Positions 23,117-32,200 of a DNA stretch of 32,661 bases are shown here, in pieces; within the stretch, counting starts at the first letter, position 1; every line of letters begins with the position of its first letter. This DNA is from an uncultured Bacteroidales bacterium (GTDB lineage: Bacteria > Bacteroidota > Bacteroidia > Bacteroidales > UBA10428). The stretch spans positions 1 through 32,661 of the forward strand of contig CAZBUF010000423.1 in assembly GCA_964495025.1 (NCBI GenBank), given 5' to 3'. The notes beneath the pieces were generated by a model, which was not told the origin of the DNA, did no database searches, and worked only from the letters and a program-made list of their open reading frames with translations. A program made the translations under genes and the position numbers.

Positions 23117-24256
23117 TTAATAAAATATCTCATTCAGTTTCTTTTCAAGCTCATCAACGGCCAGGTTCTTTGCTATTATCCTTCCGGCCGTGTCGAGAAG
23201 AAAACTCCCGGGTATTTCTCTTATATTGTACTTCACAGCTGCCTGAGAATTCCAGAAATTAAGATCGCTTACATTAATCCAGGTCAAATGGTCTTCCTTA
23301 ATTCCCTTAAGCCATGACTCTTTGGTACGATCAAGGGATACCTGGTAGATTTCAAAATTTTTTGGTTTGTATTTTTTATATATTTTAACAAGGTGCGGAT
23401 TATTATCCCTGCAAGGCAGGCTCCACGATGCCCAGAAATCAAGCAGCACATATTTGCCCTTCAGGGAGTAGAGGGAAATCACTGAGTCTTCGGTATCAGG
23501 TAATGATATGTCAGGAGGTATTGCTCCTGGTTCATACTTTAACTGTTCCCCTGTTTCCACCAATTTACGGTTAAGACTTTTAACTGCTTCTGAGGCAGGA
23601 TATAATGCCGTAAGATTTGAATCAACCAGGTTGAAATATTTAAAATCTTTTTTAATATTAAAAACAGGGTCATTTATTCCCAGGTACTGAAAAAGGATCA
23701 TTATACAAACCATTGAAGCCGGATACTTTTCGATCATTTCTATTGAAAATTTTTTATGATCCTCAAATATGATATTGTATATACTGTCAATTTCTGCTTT
23801 CTTCTCAAAAAATCCGGGGGTACCCTTAATATTATCATATTCCATACTTAGTCCGGTAATTTTTTCCAGTGTTTCCCGTTGTTTATCTACCAGATATTTA
23901 ACCAGTCTTGAATCTTTTGAACCTTCAACAATATATTCCCTGTCAAAATTAGAGGCATTTGTAATAATATTTATATGGTCGCGAGGGTGAATTATCAAAT
24001 GAATATTATCACTATAATTTGTATAAAGAATGAAAAATCCGGGGTTATCAATATGACCTGAAAGTGAAAATTTTCCTGCTGCATCTGTTTCAGTTGAGTC
24101 TATATTTATTCTTTTGTTTGTTGTAAGCCTGGAAAGGTATATCTTTGTACCTGTTAAATCTTTTGCTGTTCCTTTAATTTCGAAATTGTCTTTAACCCGT
24201 GAACAACCACCCCAGATTATTGTTAAAAAAAATATCATTAATATAACATTTCTCAT
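23117..24256 (-). CDS. TlpA/AhpC-TSA-like lipoprotein with N-terminal DUF4369-like domain; active site SxxC
   Basis: The lipoprotein signal is MRNVILMIFFLTIIWGGC. The block GKYVLLDFWASWSLPCRDNNPHLVKIYKKYK...FEIYQVSLD...IPGSFLLD carries WSLPC at nt 23411-23425, where WCxxC is expected. Confidence 0.8.
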   Translation of the reverse strand: MRNVILMIFFLTIIWGGCSRVKDNFEIKGTAKDLTGTKIYLSRLTTNKRINIDSTETDAAGKFSLSGHIDNPGFFILYTNYSDNIHLIIHPRDHINIITNASNFDREYIVEGSKDSRLVKYLVDKQRETLEKITGLSMEYDNIKGTPGFFEKKAEIDSIYNIIFEDHKKFSIEMIEKYPASMVCIMILFQYLGINDPVFNIKKDFKYFNLVDSNLTALYPASEAVKSLNRKLVETGEQLKYEPGAIPPDISLPDTEDSVISLYSLKGKYVLLDFWASWSLPCRDNNPHLVKIYKKYKPKNFEIYQVSLDRTKESWLKGIKEDHLTWINVSDLNFWNSQAAVKYNIREIPGSFLLDTAGRIIAKNLAVDELEKKLNEIFY

Positions 24257-24489
24257 AAAGAAAATTTTTTCAAATATACTATTCTCAGAATGAAATTCAG
24301 GGATTTATATATGTTTCTTTTTTAGATTTATTTTTGTTTTACCATCTACCAGGGTCTAATTTTCCTGAATTCGGAATTTTTTAAAATTGATATTAAAATA
24401 CATTTTATAATTAGCATAAAAATATTTAACTTATGTATTCAAAGGTTAACAATTAATAGTTTAATTTCGCAGATTAAAATATAAGTATT

Positions 24490-26439
24490 ATGAGCTATCT
24501 GAACTTTGATAAGTCACAGTTAATCAACCTTGAATATTCGCTGAGCAAGGAGATATTAAGAAGCAACAGGGCCGGTTCCTATGCGAGTACAACGCTTGTG
24601 GGCTGCAATACCAGGAAATATCATGGATTACTGGTTTGTCCCATGGAGCATCTGGATGGCGACAGGCATGTTTTGCTTTCATCTCTTGATGAGACAATTG
24701 TTCAGGATAATAATGAATTTCATTTGGGTATTCATAAATATGAAGGAGATAATTATGTTCCCAAAGGGCATAAATACATACGTGATTTTGCTGTCGATCC
24801 TGCTCCAAAGATTTTCTACCGTGTTGGCGGAGTAGTAATTGAAAAAGAACGTATGCTGGTGGAAAAAGAACAGCAATTTCTCACCAGATATAATATCAAA
24901 GAGGTTGATCATCCGACAAAACTCAGAATACGTCCATTCCTTGCTTTTAGAAATATGCATCAGTTGAGCAAAGCTAATATGCATGCCAATACAAAGATAA
25001 AATTTATTACAAATGGTATAAAGGCCAGGTTATATGAAGGGTATCCTGGTTTGCACATGCAGTTTTCAAAGAAAGTAGAGTTTGTTCAAAGTCCTAACTG
25101 GTATTATAATATAGAATACCTGGAAGAGCAGAAGAGAGGATATGATTTTAAGGAGGATTTATTGGTCCCGGGGTATTTTGAAATGAACATAAAAAAAGGG
25201 GAGACAATAATTTTCTCTGCTTCCACTAAATTAACCAATCCTGAAAATCTTAAAAAGAGATTTACAGATTGCATCAGTAAACATATTCCCAGGGATAATT
25301 TCAAGAATTGCCTTATTAACTCGGCTCAGCAGTTTATTGTAAGAATGGATAAAAAGACTGAAATTATTGCGGGATTTCATTGGTTTGGCAGCTGGGGGCG
25401 CGATACTTTTATCTCTCTTCCGGGGTTAACACTGGCTATAGGTGATATTAAAACCTGCAGGTCTGTGCTTGATAATATGATTTCAAAAGTTAAGGATGGG
25501 CTGTTTCCAAATATGGGTGGTGATGATGATCCGGCATTTAACTCTGTCGACGCTCCCTTATGGTTTTTCTGGGCAGTTCAGCAATATGCCGCATATAGTG
25601 ATTCACAGGCCACAGTCTGGAAAACTTACGGAAAAACCATGAAATCAATACTTAATGCTTATAGAAATGGCACTTCGTTCAATATTAAAATGCATGAGAA
25701 CGGATTAATATATGCAGGAGAGAAAGGCAAAGCATTAACATGGATGGATGCTGTTGTTAACGGTGTACCTGTTACACCACGTACCGGGTACGCAGTAGAA
25801 ATTAATGCACTCTGGCATAATGCTGTGGAGTTTAGTCTTCAGTTGGCTAAAAAGGCCGGGGATGATGGTTTTATCAGATCCTGGAAAAACCTGCCCGCTG
25901 TTATAAAAAAATCCTTTATCCGGGAATTCTGGGATGAGAAAAAAGGTTATTTAGCCGACTGTATTGATAATGGTTCTAAAGACTGGTCAATTAGGCCTAA
26001 CATGGTTATTGCCACTTCACTGGAATTTTCACCTGTTGATGATGATATAAAAAAATCGATCCTTAAAATCGTTGAGAGAGATTTATTAACACCAAGAGGA
26101 CTCAGGACACTTTCACCCATGGATAAAAACTATACAGGCGTCTATAAGGGCAACCAGGAACAGCGTGATAGTGCATATCATCAGGGAACGGTATGGCCAT
26201 GGCTTCTGGAACACTTTTGCGAGGGTTATATTAATTTGTTCGGAGAATGTGGTGTTTTTAAGTTTAAGAAAATTGTCAGTGATTTTGAACCGGTGATGAA
26301 CGAGCATGGAATTGGTACAATATCGGAAGTATACGACGGCGATCCCCCTCATAATCCCGGAGGTGCTATATCACAGGCTTGGAGCGTAGCAGCTTTATTA
26401 AGGATTATTGAAAAAATTGAAAAATTTTCTTTAGCTTAA
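24490..26439 (+). CDS. Glycogen debranching enzyme (amylo-alpha-1,6-glucosidase, GDE_N + GDE_C, GH133-like)
   Basis: It is 649 aa. The N-terminus is RAGSYASTTLVGCNTRKYHGLLV. The C-terminal (alpha/alpha)6 motifs are GFHWFGSWGRDTFISLPG, LTWMDA, YHQGTVWPWL and GTISEVYDGDPPH...GAISQAWSVAALLR. Confidence 0.9.
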   Translation: MSYLNFDKSQLINLEYSLSKEILRSNRAGSYASTTLVGCNTRKYHGLLVCPMEHLDGDRHVLLSSLDETIVQDNNEFHLGIHKYEGDNYVPKGHKYIRDFAVDPAPKIFYRVGGVVIEKERMLVEKEQQFLTRYNIKEVDHPTKLRIRPFLAFRNMHQLSKANMHANTKIKFITNGIKARLYEGYPGLHMQFSKKVEFVQSPNWYYNIEYLEEQKRGYDFKEDLLVPGYFEMNIKKGETIIFSASTKLTNPENLKKRFTDCISKHIPRDNFKNCLINSAQQFIVRMDKKTEIIAGFHWFGSWGRDTFISLPGLTLAIGDIKTCRSVLDNMISKVKDGLFPNMGGDDDPAFNSVDAPLWFFWAVQQYAAYSDSQATVWKTYGKTMKSILNAYRNGTSFNIKMHENGLIYAGEKGKALTWMDAVVNGVPVTPRTGYAVEINALWHNAVEFSLQLAKKAGDDGFIRSWKNLPAVIKKSFIREFWDEKKGYLADCIDNGSKDWSIRPNMVIATSLEFSPVDDDIKKSILKIVERDLLTPRGLRTLSPMDKNYTGVYKGNQEQRDSAYHQGTVWPWLLEHFCEGYINLFGECGVFKFKKIVSDFEPVMNEHGIGTISEVYDGDPPHNPGGAISQAWSVAALLRIIEKIEKFSLA

Positions 26440-26488
26440 TATTTATAAAATTCTTTGAAAGAAATTTAAATTATTATACGGTGGACTT

Positions 26489-27769
26489 ATGAGAGTATTA
26501 ATGTTTGGATGGGAATTTCCTCCTCATATTTCAGGCGGACTGGGAACGGCTTGTTACGGATTAACAAAAGGCTTGTCAAAATTTGACGATGTTAAGACTC
26601 TATTTGTTATCCCAAAGGCATATGGTGATGAGGATCAAAGCAAGACAAAAATTATTAATGCCGGTGATGTGGTCCTTAGTGAAAAGGTAATTGATTATAA
26701 AAGCTTTTTTAAAGAAATCAGCTTTATTGAAGTTGGCTCCAATATCATTCCTTACACAAGCCCTGAAGAATATGAGAAGTTGATCTCAGAAGCAAGTTCT
26801 TCAAAGAAACAGTATATAAATACATCATTCTCAGGAAAGCTTGGTTTCTCCGGAGGGTATGGATTGAACCTCTTTCAGGAAATAGCAAATTATGCTGCAA
26901 TAGCTTCAGTAATAGGTGTGAATTATGATTTTGATGTTATTCATGCCCATGACTGGCTAACATATCCTGCAGGTATTGCTGCAAGAAATGTATCCGGAAA
27001 ACCCCTGATAATACATGTTCATGCCACTGAGTTTGATCGCAGCGGCAGTAATGTTAACCCCGAAGTTTATAATATAGAAAAAAACGGGATGGAAACAGCT
27101 GATAAAATAATTGCAGTAAGTAACTTAACAAGAAACATAATAATTGAGAAATACAATATAAACCCTGATAAAGTTACTACTGTTTATAACGCTGTTGAAC
27201 CGGTAACCGGTAAGGACATTAAATTCAATAAGAATAATGCAGATAAGACTGTGACATTCCTGGGAAGAATAACTCTCCAGAAAGGCCCGGAATATTTTAT
27301 TGAAGCGGCATATGAGGTATTACAGCGTAAGGATAATGTAAGATTTGTCATGGGCGGAAGTGGGGAATTATTAAACAGGATGATCTCACGGGTTGCTAAA
27401 CTTAAAATCGGAGAAAAGTTCCATTTCACGGGATTTCTGAGAAGCGATGATGTATCCCATCTGTACTCCTTAAGTGATGTCTATGTTATGCCTTCAGTAT
27501 CAGAACCATTCGGCATAGCACCCCTTGAAGCATTACAGTCAAATGTTCCTGTCATTATTTCCCGGCAATCAGGAGTTTCCGAGATTCTCAGGCATGCAAT
27601 AAAAATCGATTTCTGGGATATCCAGGCTATGGCTGATGCTATATACGGAATATTGAATTATGACGGACTGGTAAATATGTTCAAAAAACATGGCAAGCAA
27701 GAGGTTGATAACCTTAAATGGGAGACCACTGCTTTTAAAGTAAAACAGATCTATGATTCACTTGTTTAA
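26489..27769 (+). CDS. Glycosyltransferase family 4 (GT-B, alpha-glucan cluster-associated)
   Basis: The N-terminus is MRVLMFGWEFPPHISGGLGTACYGL. It has IHAHDW and the C-terminal motif VMPSVSEPFGIAPLEAL (E-x7-E) typical of retaining GT4 enzymes. Confidence 0.85.
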   Translation: MRVLMFGWEFPPHISGGLGTACYGLTKGLSKFDDVKTLFVIPKAYGDEDQSKTKIINAGDVVLSEKVIDYKSFFKEISFIEVGSNIIPYTSPEEYEKLISEASSSKKQYINTSFSGKLGFSGGYGLNLFQEIANYAAIASVIGVNYDFDVIHAHDWLTYPAGIAARNVSGKPLIIHVHATEFDRSGSNVNPEVYNIEKNGMETADKIIAVSNLTRNIIIEKYNINPDKVTTVYNAVEPVTGKDIKFNKNNADKTVTFLGRITLQKGPEYFIEAAYEVLQRKDNVRFVMGGSGELLNRMISRVAKLKIGEKFHFTGFLRSDDVSHLYSLSDVYVMPSVSEPFGIAPLEALQSNVPVIISRQSGVSEILRHAIKIDFWDIQAMADAIYGILNYDGLVNMFKKHGKQEVDNLKWETTAFKVKQIYDSLV

Positions 27770-27800
27770 ATAGGAATAAAAACTTGATAATAAATATATT

Positions 27801-29207
27801 ATGAAGACAATTTGTTTATACTTTCAGGTACACCAACCTTTCAGATATAAAAGATACAGGTTTTTCAATATTGGTAATGACCATTATTATTATGACGACT
27901 ATATGAATGAGTCAATAATGAGGAAAGTTGCAGACAAATGTTATTTGCCGGCCAATAAGATACTGCTTGATATTATAAAGAAGTACGGAAGCCGGTTTAA
28001 GGTAACTTTCTCATTAACCGGTATCGTTTTGGACCAGTTTGAACTTTACGCCCCTGATGTGCTTGACAGCTTCAGGCAACTGGCAGAAACAGGATGTGTT
28101 GAATTCCTGGCGGAAACCTATTCGCATTCACTGGTTGCTCTGAAAGATAAGGATGAATTTACCAAGCAGGTCAGAGAGCATTCTGATAAGATAAAAAAGT
28201 ATTTTAACCAGGAACCGGAAGTTTTTAGAAATACAGAGCTTATATATTCTGATGATATAGGCAGCCAGGATTTTGATATGGGGTTTAAAGCTATGCTGAC
28301 TGAAGGAGCAAAACATATACTTGGATGGAAGAGCCCAAATTATTTATATTATAATGCTATAAATCCCAGGCTTAAGGTTTTGCTTAAAAACTTTAAGCTT
28401 AGTGATGATATAGCATTTAGATTTTCAAACCAGGGATGGTCGGAATATCCACTTACATCAGAAAAATTTGTAAGCTGGTTAAATGATATCGACAAAAAAG
28501 AGGAGACGGTAAATCTTTTTATGGATTATGAGACCTTTGGCGAACATCAATGGGCCGATACAGGTATTTTTGAATTTCTTAAAGCTTTGCCCGGAGCAGT
28601 ATTTAAGAGATCTGACTTTTTATTCAGTACGCCTTCGGAGGTTGCAGATAAGCTCCAGCCCGTTGCAGCAGTGAATGTGCCAAATCCTATCTCATGGGCA
28701 GATGTGGAACGGGATTTAACAGCATGGCTTGGGAATGAACTGCAGACGGATGCATTTAATAAACTATATTCATTGACCGAAAGAGTAAATAAATGTACAC
28801 AGCCTGAGATTTTAAAAGACTGGAAATATATGCAATCCAGTGATCATTTATATTATATGTCAACAAAATTCTTTTCTGACGGAGAAGTACATGCCTATTT
28901 TAATCCTTATGAATCACCGTATGATGCGTATATAAATTATATGAATATTCTAAGCGATTTTATACTGAGACTTAATGCAGCAGTCCCGTTAACTGGTAAA
29001 GATCAGGAAATAGCAAATCTGTCGGGGGTGATCGATATAAAAAACAGGCAGATTGAGAAATATGAAGCAGAGATCAGGGTACTTAAATCAAACAAAGATA
29101 AAACCATACCAAAGTCAAAAAAACTGACGGAAACAAAAAAGCCCGTTAAAGCCGTAAGCACGGCAATGAAAAAATCACCGGGTAAAAAAACCGTGAAAAA
29201 GAAATAA
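27801..29207 (+). CDS. Glycoside hydrolase family 57 (alpha-amylase/branching-type) with coiled-coil and Lys-rich C-terminal tail
   Basis: The N-terminus CLYFQVHQPFRY matches the GH57 signature region. It also has ETYSHS, LFMDYETFGEHQW (catalytic Glu region) and WADVERD. The tail reads ...KSKKLTETKKPVKAVSTAMKKSPGKKTVKKK. Confidence 0.88.
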   Translation: MKTICLYFQVHQPFRYKRYRFFNIGNDHYYYDDYMNESIMRKVADKCYLPANKILLDIIKKYGSRFKVTFSLTGIVLDQFELYAPDVLDSFRQLAETGCVEFLAETYSHSLVALKDKDEFTKQVREHSDKIKKYFNQEPEVFRNTELIYSDDIGSQDFDMGFKAMLTEGAKHILGWKSPNYLYYNAINPRLKVLLKNFKLSDDIAFRFSNQGWSEYPLTSEKFVSWLNDIDKKEETVNLFMDYETFGEHQWADTGIFEFLKALPGAVFKRSDFLFSTPSEVADKLQPVAAVNVPNPISWADVERDLTAWLGNELQTDAFNKLYSLTERVNKCTQPEILKDWKYMQSSDHLYYMSTKFFSDGEVHAYFNPYESPYDAYINYMNILSDFILRLNAAVPLTGKDQEIANLSGVIDIKNRQIEKYEAEIRVLKSNKDKTIPKSKKLTETKKPVKAVSTAMKKSPGKKTVKKK

Positions 29208-29262
29208 TATTCATTTAGCCCTGAAAATAATACTGTGAAATAAAATTAATTCATTAATTGAG

Positions 29263-32200
29263 ATGTCAAATAATACTATAAGCCCCGATTACTTATTTGA
29301 AGTAAGCTGGGAGGTTTGCAATAAAGTCGGGGGGATACATACAGTAATTGCCACAAAAGCTGTGACCCTGATTGATGAGTATGAGGATAACTATATATTG
29401 ATCGGGCCTGATATTATCCGCGATGAGGCGGGAAACCGTGAATTTAAGGAAGACCATAATCTTTACCGGGCATGGAGAAGACAAGCTTTATCAGAAGGAT
29501 TGAGAATAAAGATCGGACGCTGGAACATCAAAGGTTTTCCATTTGCAGTAATTCTTGATTTCTCAAATTGGATAAGCCAGAAAGATAAGATCTTTAGTGA
29601 ATTCTGGGAAAAATATAAGCTCAATTCCATTTCAGGGCAATGGGATTATGTGGAACCCGCTCTTTTTGGATATGTAGCAGGCAGGGTAATAGAAAGCTTT
29701 GTTAAATTTAATTTAAGGAATGATGACAGGATAATTGCCCAGTTTCATGAATGGATGACAGGTACAGGTATATTGTATTTAAAAAGTGCCCTTCCGCAGG
29801 TTGCTACATCCTTTACAACACATGCTACAGTTATCGGCAGATCACTTGCTGCCAATAACCGCCCTTTATATAGAGACCTGAAGAATTATAATTCCGCTGA
29901 AATTGCAAAAGAATTTAATATAGTATCAAAACAATCCCTTGAAGAGTTATCAGCACAAAATGCTGATGTTTTCACAACAGTATCTGAAATCACAGCAAGG
30001 GAATGCAGCCAGTTTCTGAAACGCGACGTTGATTTGTTGACACCAAATGGATTTGAAGATACTTTTGTTCCCGAAAAAAAGGAATTTGATCTCAGGCGTA
30101 AAATAGCAAGAGAAAAACTTATTCAGATATCACAGTTGCTCACAGGATCAACATTCTCTAATGACCCATATCTGGTTGCAACAAGCGGCAGATATGAGTT
30201 TAAAAATAAAGGTATTGATCTGTATATTGATGCACTGGGGAAATTAAATAAGGGAAAGAACCTGGACAGGGATATTGTTGCGTTTATTCTCATTCCTGCC
30301 AACCATTACGGGCCAAGAAAAGACTTATTGAAGAAAATTGAAAATAAAAATGCGGAGCTGTCTGACTCGAAATATCTAAGCCATAACCTTCATGACGCTG
30401 AATGGGATCCGATTCTTAAACGTATAAAAGAAGCGGGATTAAAAAATGAAAATAGTGACAGGGTAAAGGTAATTTTTGTACCATCGTACCTTAACGGGGA
30501 TGACGGCATATTTAATATGCCCTATTATGATATTCTTATAGGTTTTGATATAACAGTGTTCATTTCATATTATGAACCCTGGGGATATACTCCTCTTGAA
30601 AGCCTTGCATTTTCAGTTCCTACAGTTACTACTAATTTATCAGGTTTTGGACTGTGGACAGAAAAACATTACGGACTGAACTGTAAAGGCATTACAATAA
30701 TTAACCGTACTGATGATAATGATGCCGATGTGATACAGGGGACTGTGGATGCTATAAATGCCAACTATCAGCTGGCGCATCCTGATGTTGATATTATCAG
30801 AGAAGGAGCTCATGCACTGTCGCATGAAACATTGTGGGATACCCTGGTTGATCATTACAAGCAAGCCTATGATATAGCCTTAAAGAAGGCTGACAGCAGG
30901 AAAGATGAGTTTGTTAAACTTGAAGAAAAACCGGCTGAGCAGGTTCGTGAATATTTTGTCCCAAAGATGAATGAACCGAACTGGAAAAGAATTATTGTTA
31001 AGTCAAAGCTGCCGGAAAACCTTAGATATCTGAACGAATTGGTAAAAAATATGTGGTGGACATGGGATGATGATGCCCAGAGCCTGTTTGAGCAGATAGA
31101 TTCTGAATTGTGGCACGACTGTGAACAGAATCCTGAGATTCTTTTTGAACAGGTTGATTATAATAAATTAAAAAAGCTGAGTAATAACAATGAATACTTG
31201 CTGAAACTGGAGAATGTGTACAAGAGGTTTCAGGATTATTTGTCAGAGACCGGTGAAAATAAAGTACCCGGAATAGCATATTTCAGTATGGAATATGGAA
31301 TCCATGATTCATTGAAAATTTATTCGGGAGGACTGGGGATACTCGCAGGAGACTACCTGAAAGAAGCAAGCGACCTAAATATTGCAATGGTTGGGGTCGG
31401 ATTATTATACAGGTATGGTTATTTTACACAAATTATCACTACAAAAGGAGAGCAACAAACTAAGGATGACTACCAGCATTTTTCAAAGCTGCCGGTTTTT
31501 CCTGAACGTGACGGGAATGGAGATTTTGCCAAGGTTAAAATAATTATGCCGGGACGGCCCTTATATGCACGGATATGGAAATTATGTATAGGCAGGATAA
31601 AATTGTATCTGCTCGATACTGACTTTGAAGATAATATTGCTGAAGACAGGAATATTACCAGCCATCTGTATGGCGGCAACAACGAGGACCGTTTAAAGCA
31701 GGAATTATTGCTGGGAATAGGGGGCATCAGGGCTCTTGATGCCTTAGGCATATCACCGGTATTATTCCATAGTAATGAAGGCCATAGTGCTTTCATAGGA
31801 CTTGAGAGGATGAGAAAACTTATCCAGGATGAGAAGCTTAATTTTAATGAAGCTATGGATATTGTCAGGGCATCAACATTGTTCACAACGCATACTCCTG
31901 TGCCTGCTGGACATGATGAGTTTCATGAGGACCTGCTGAGAAAATATATAGGGCATTATCCTGAAAGGCTGAATATTTCCTGGGATGAACTTATGGCACT
32001 TGGAAGGACCAATCCGAACAACTGGAACGAAAAATTTAATATGAGCCACCTGGCAGCACATCTTGCTGCAGAAGTAAATGGTGTGAGCATGTTGCACGGC
32101 TCCGTGACAAGAGAAATGTTTGCTAAGCTCTGGCCCGGCTATCTCCCGGAAGAATTGCATATAGGTTATGTTACAAATGGCGTTCATTATCCGACATGGA

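Noticed and set aside
24329-24336. TATTTTTG match to the Bacteroidetes -7 promoter consensus TAnnTTTG upstream of the debranching-enzyme gene
   Set aside because: It lies about 150 nt from the start codon with no convincing -33 TTTG partner. Such 8-mers are frequent in AT-rich intergenic DNA.
29293-32187. Minus-strand ORFs 29293-29484, 30640-30864, 31022-31279, 31470-31886 and 31873-32187
   Set aside because: All are antisense to the long, motif-rich GT3-GT35 reading frame, which the track omitted only because it has no stop in the window.
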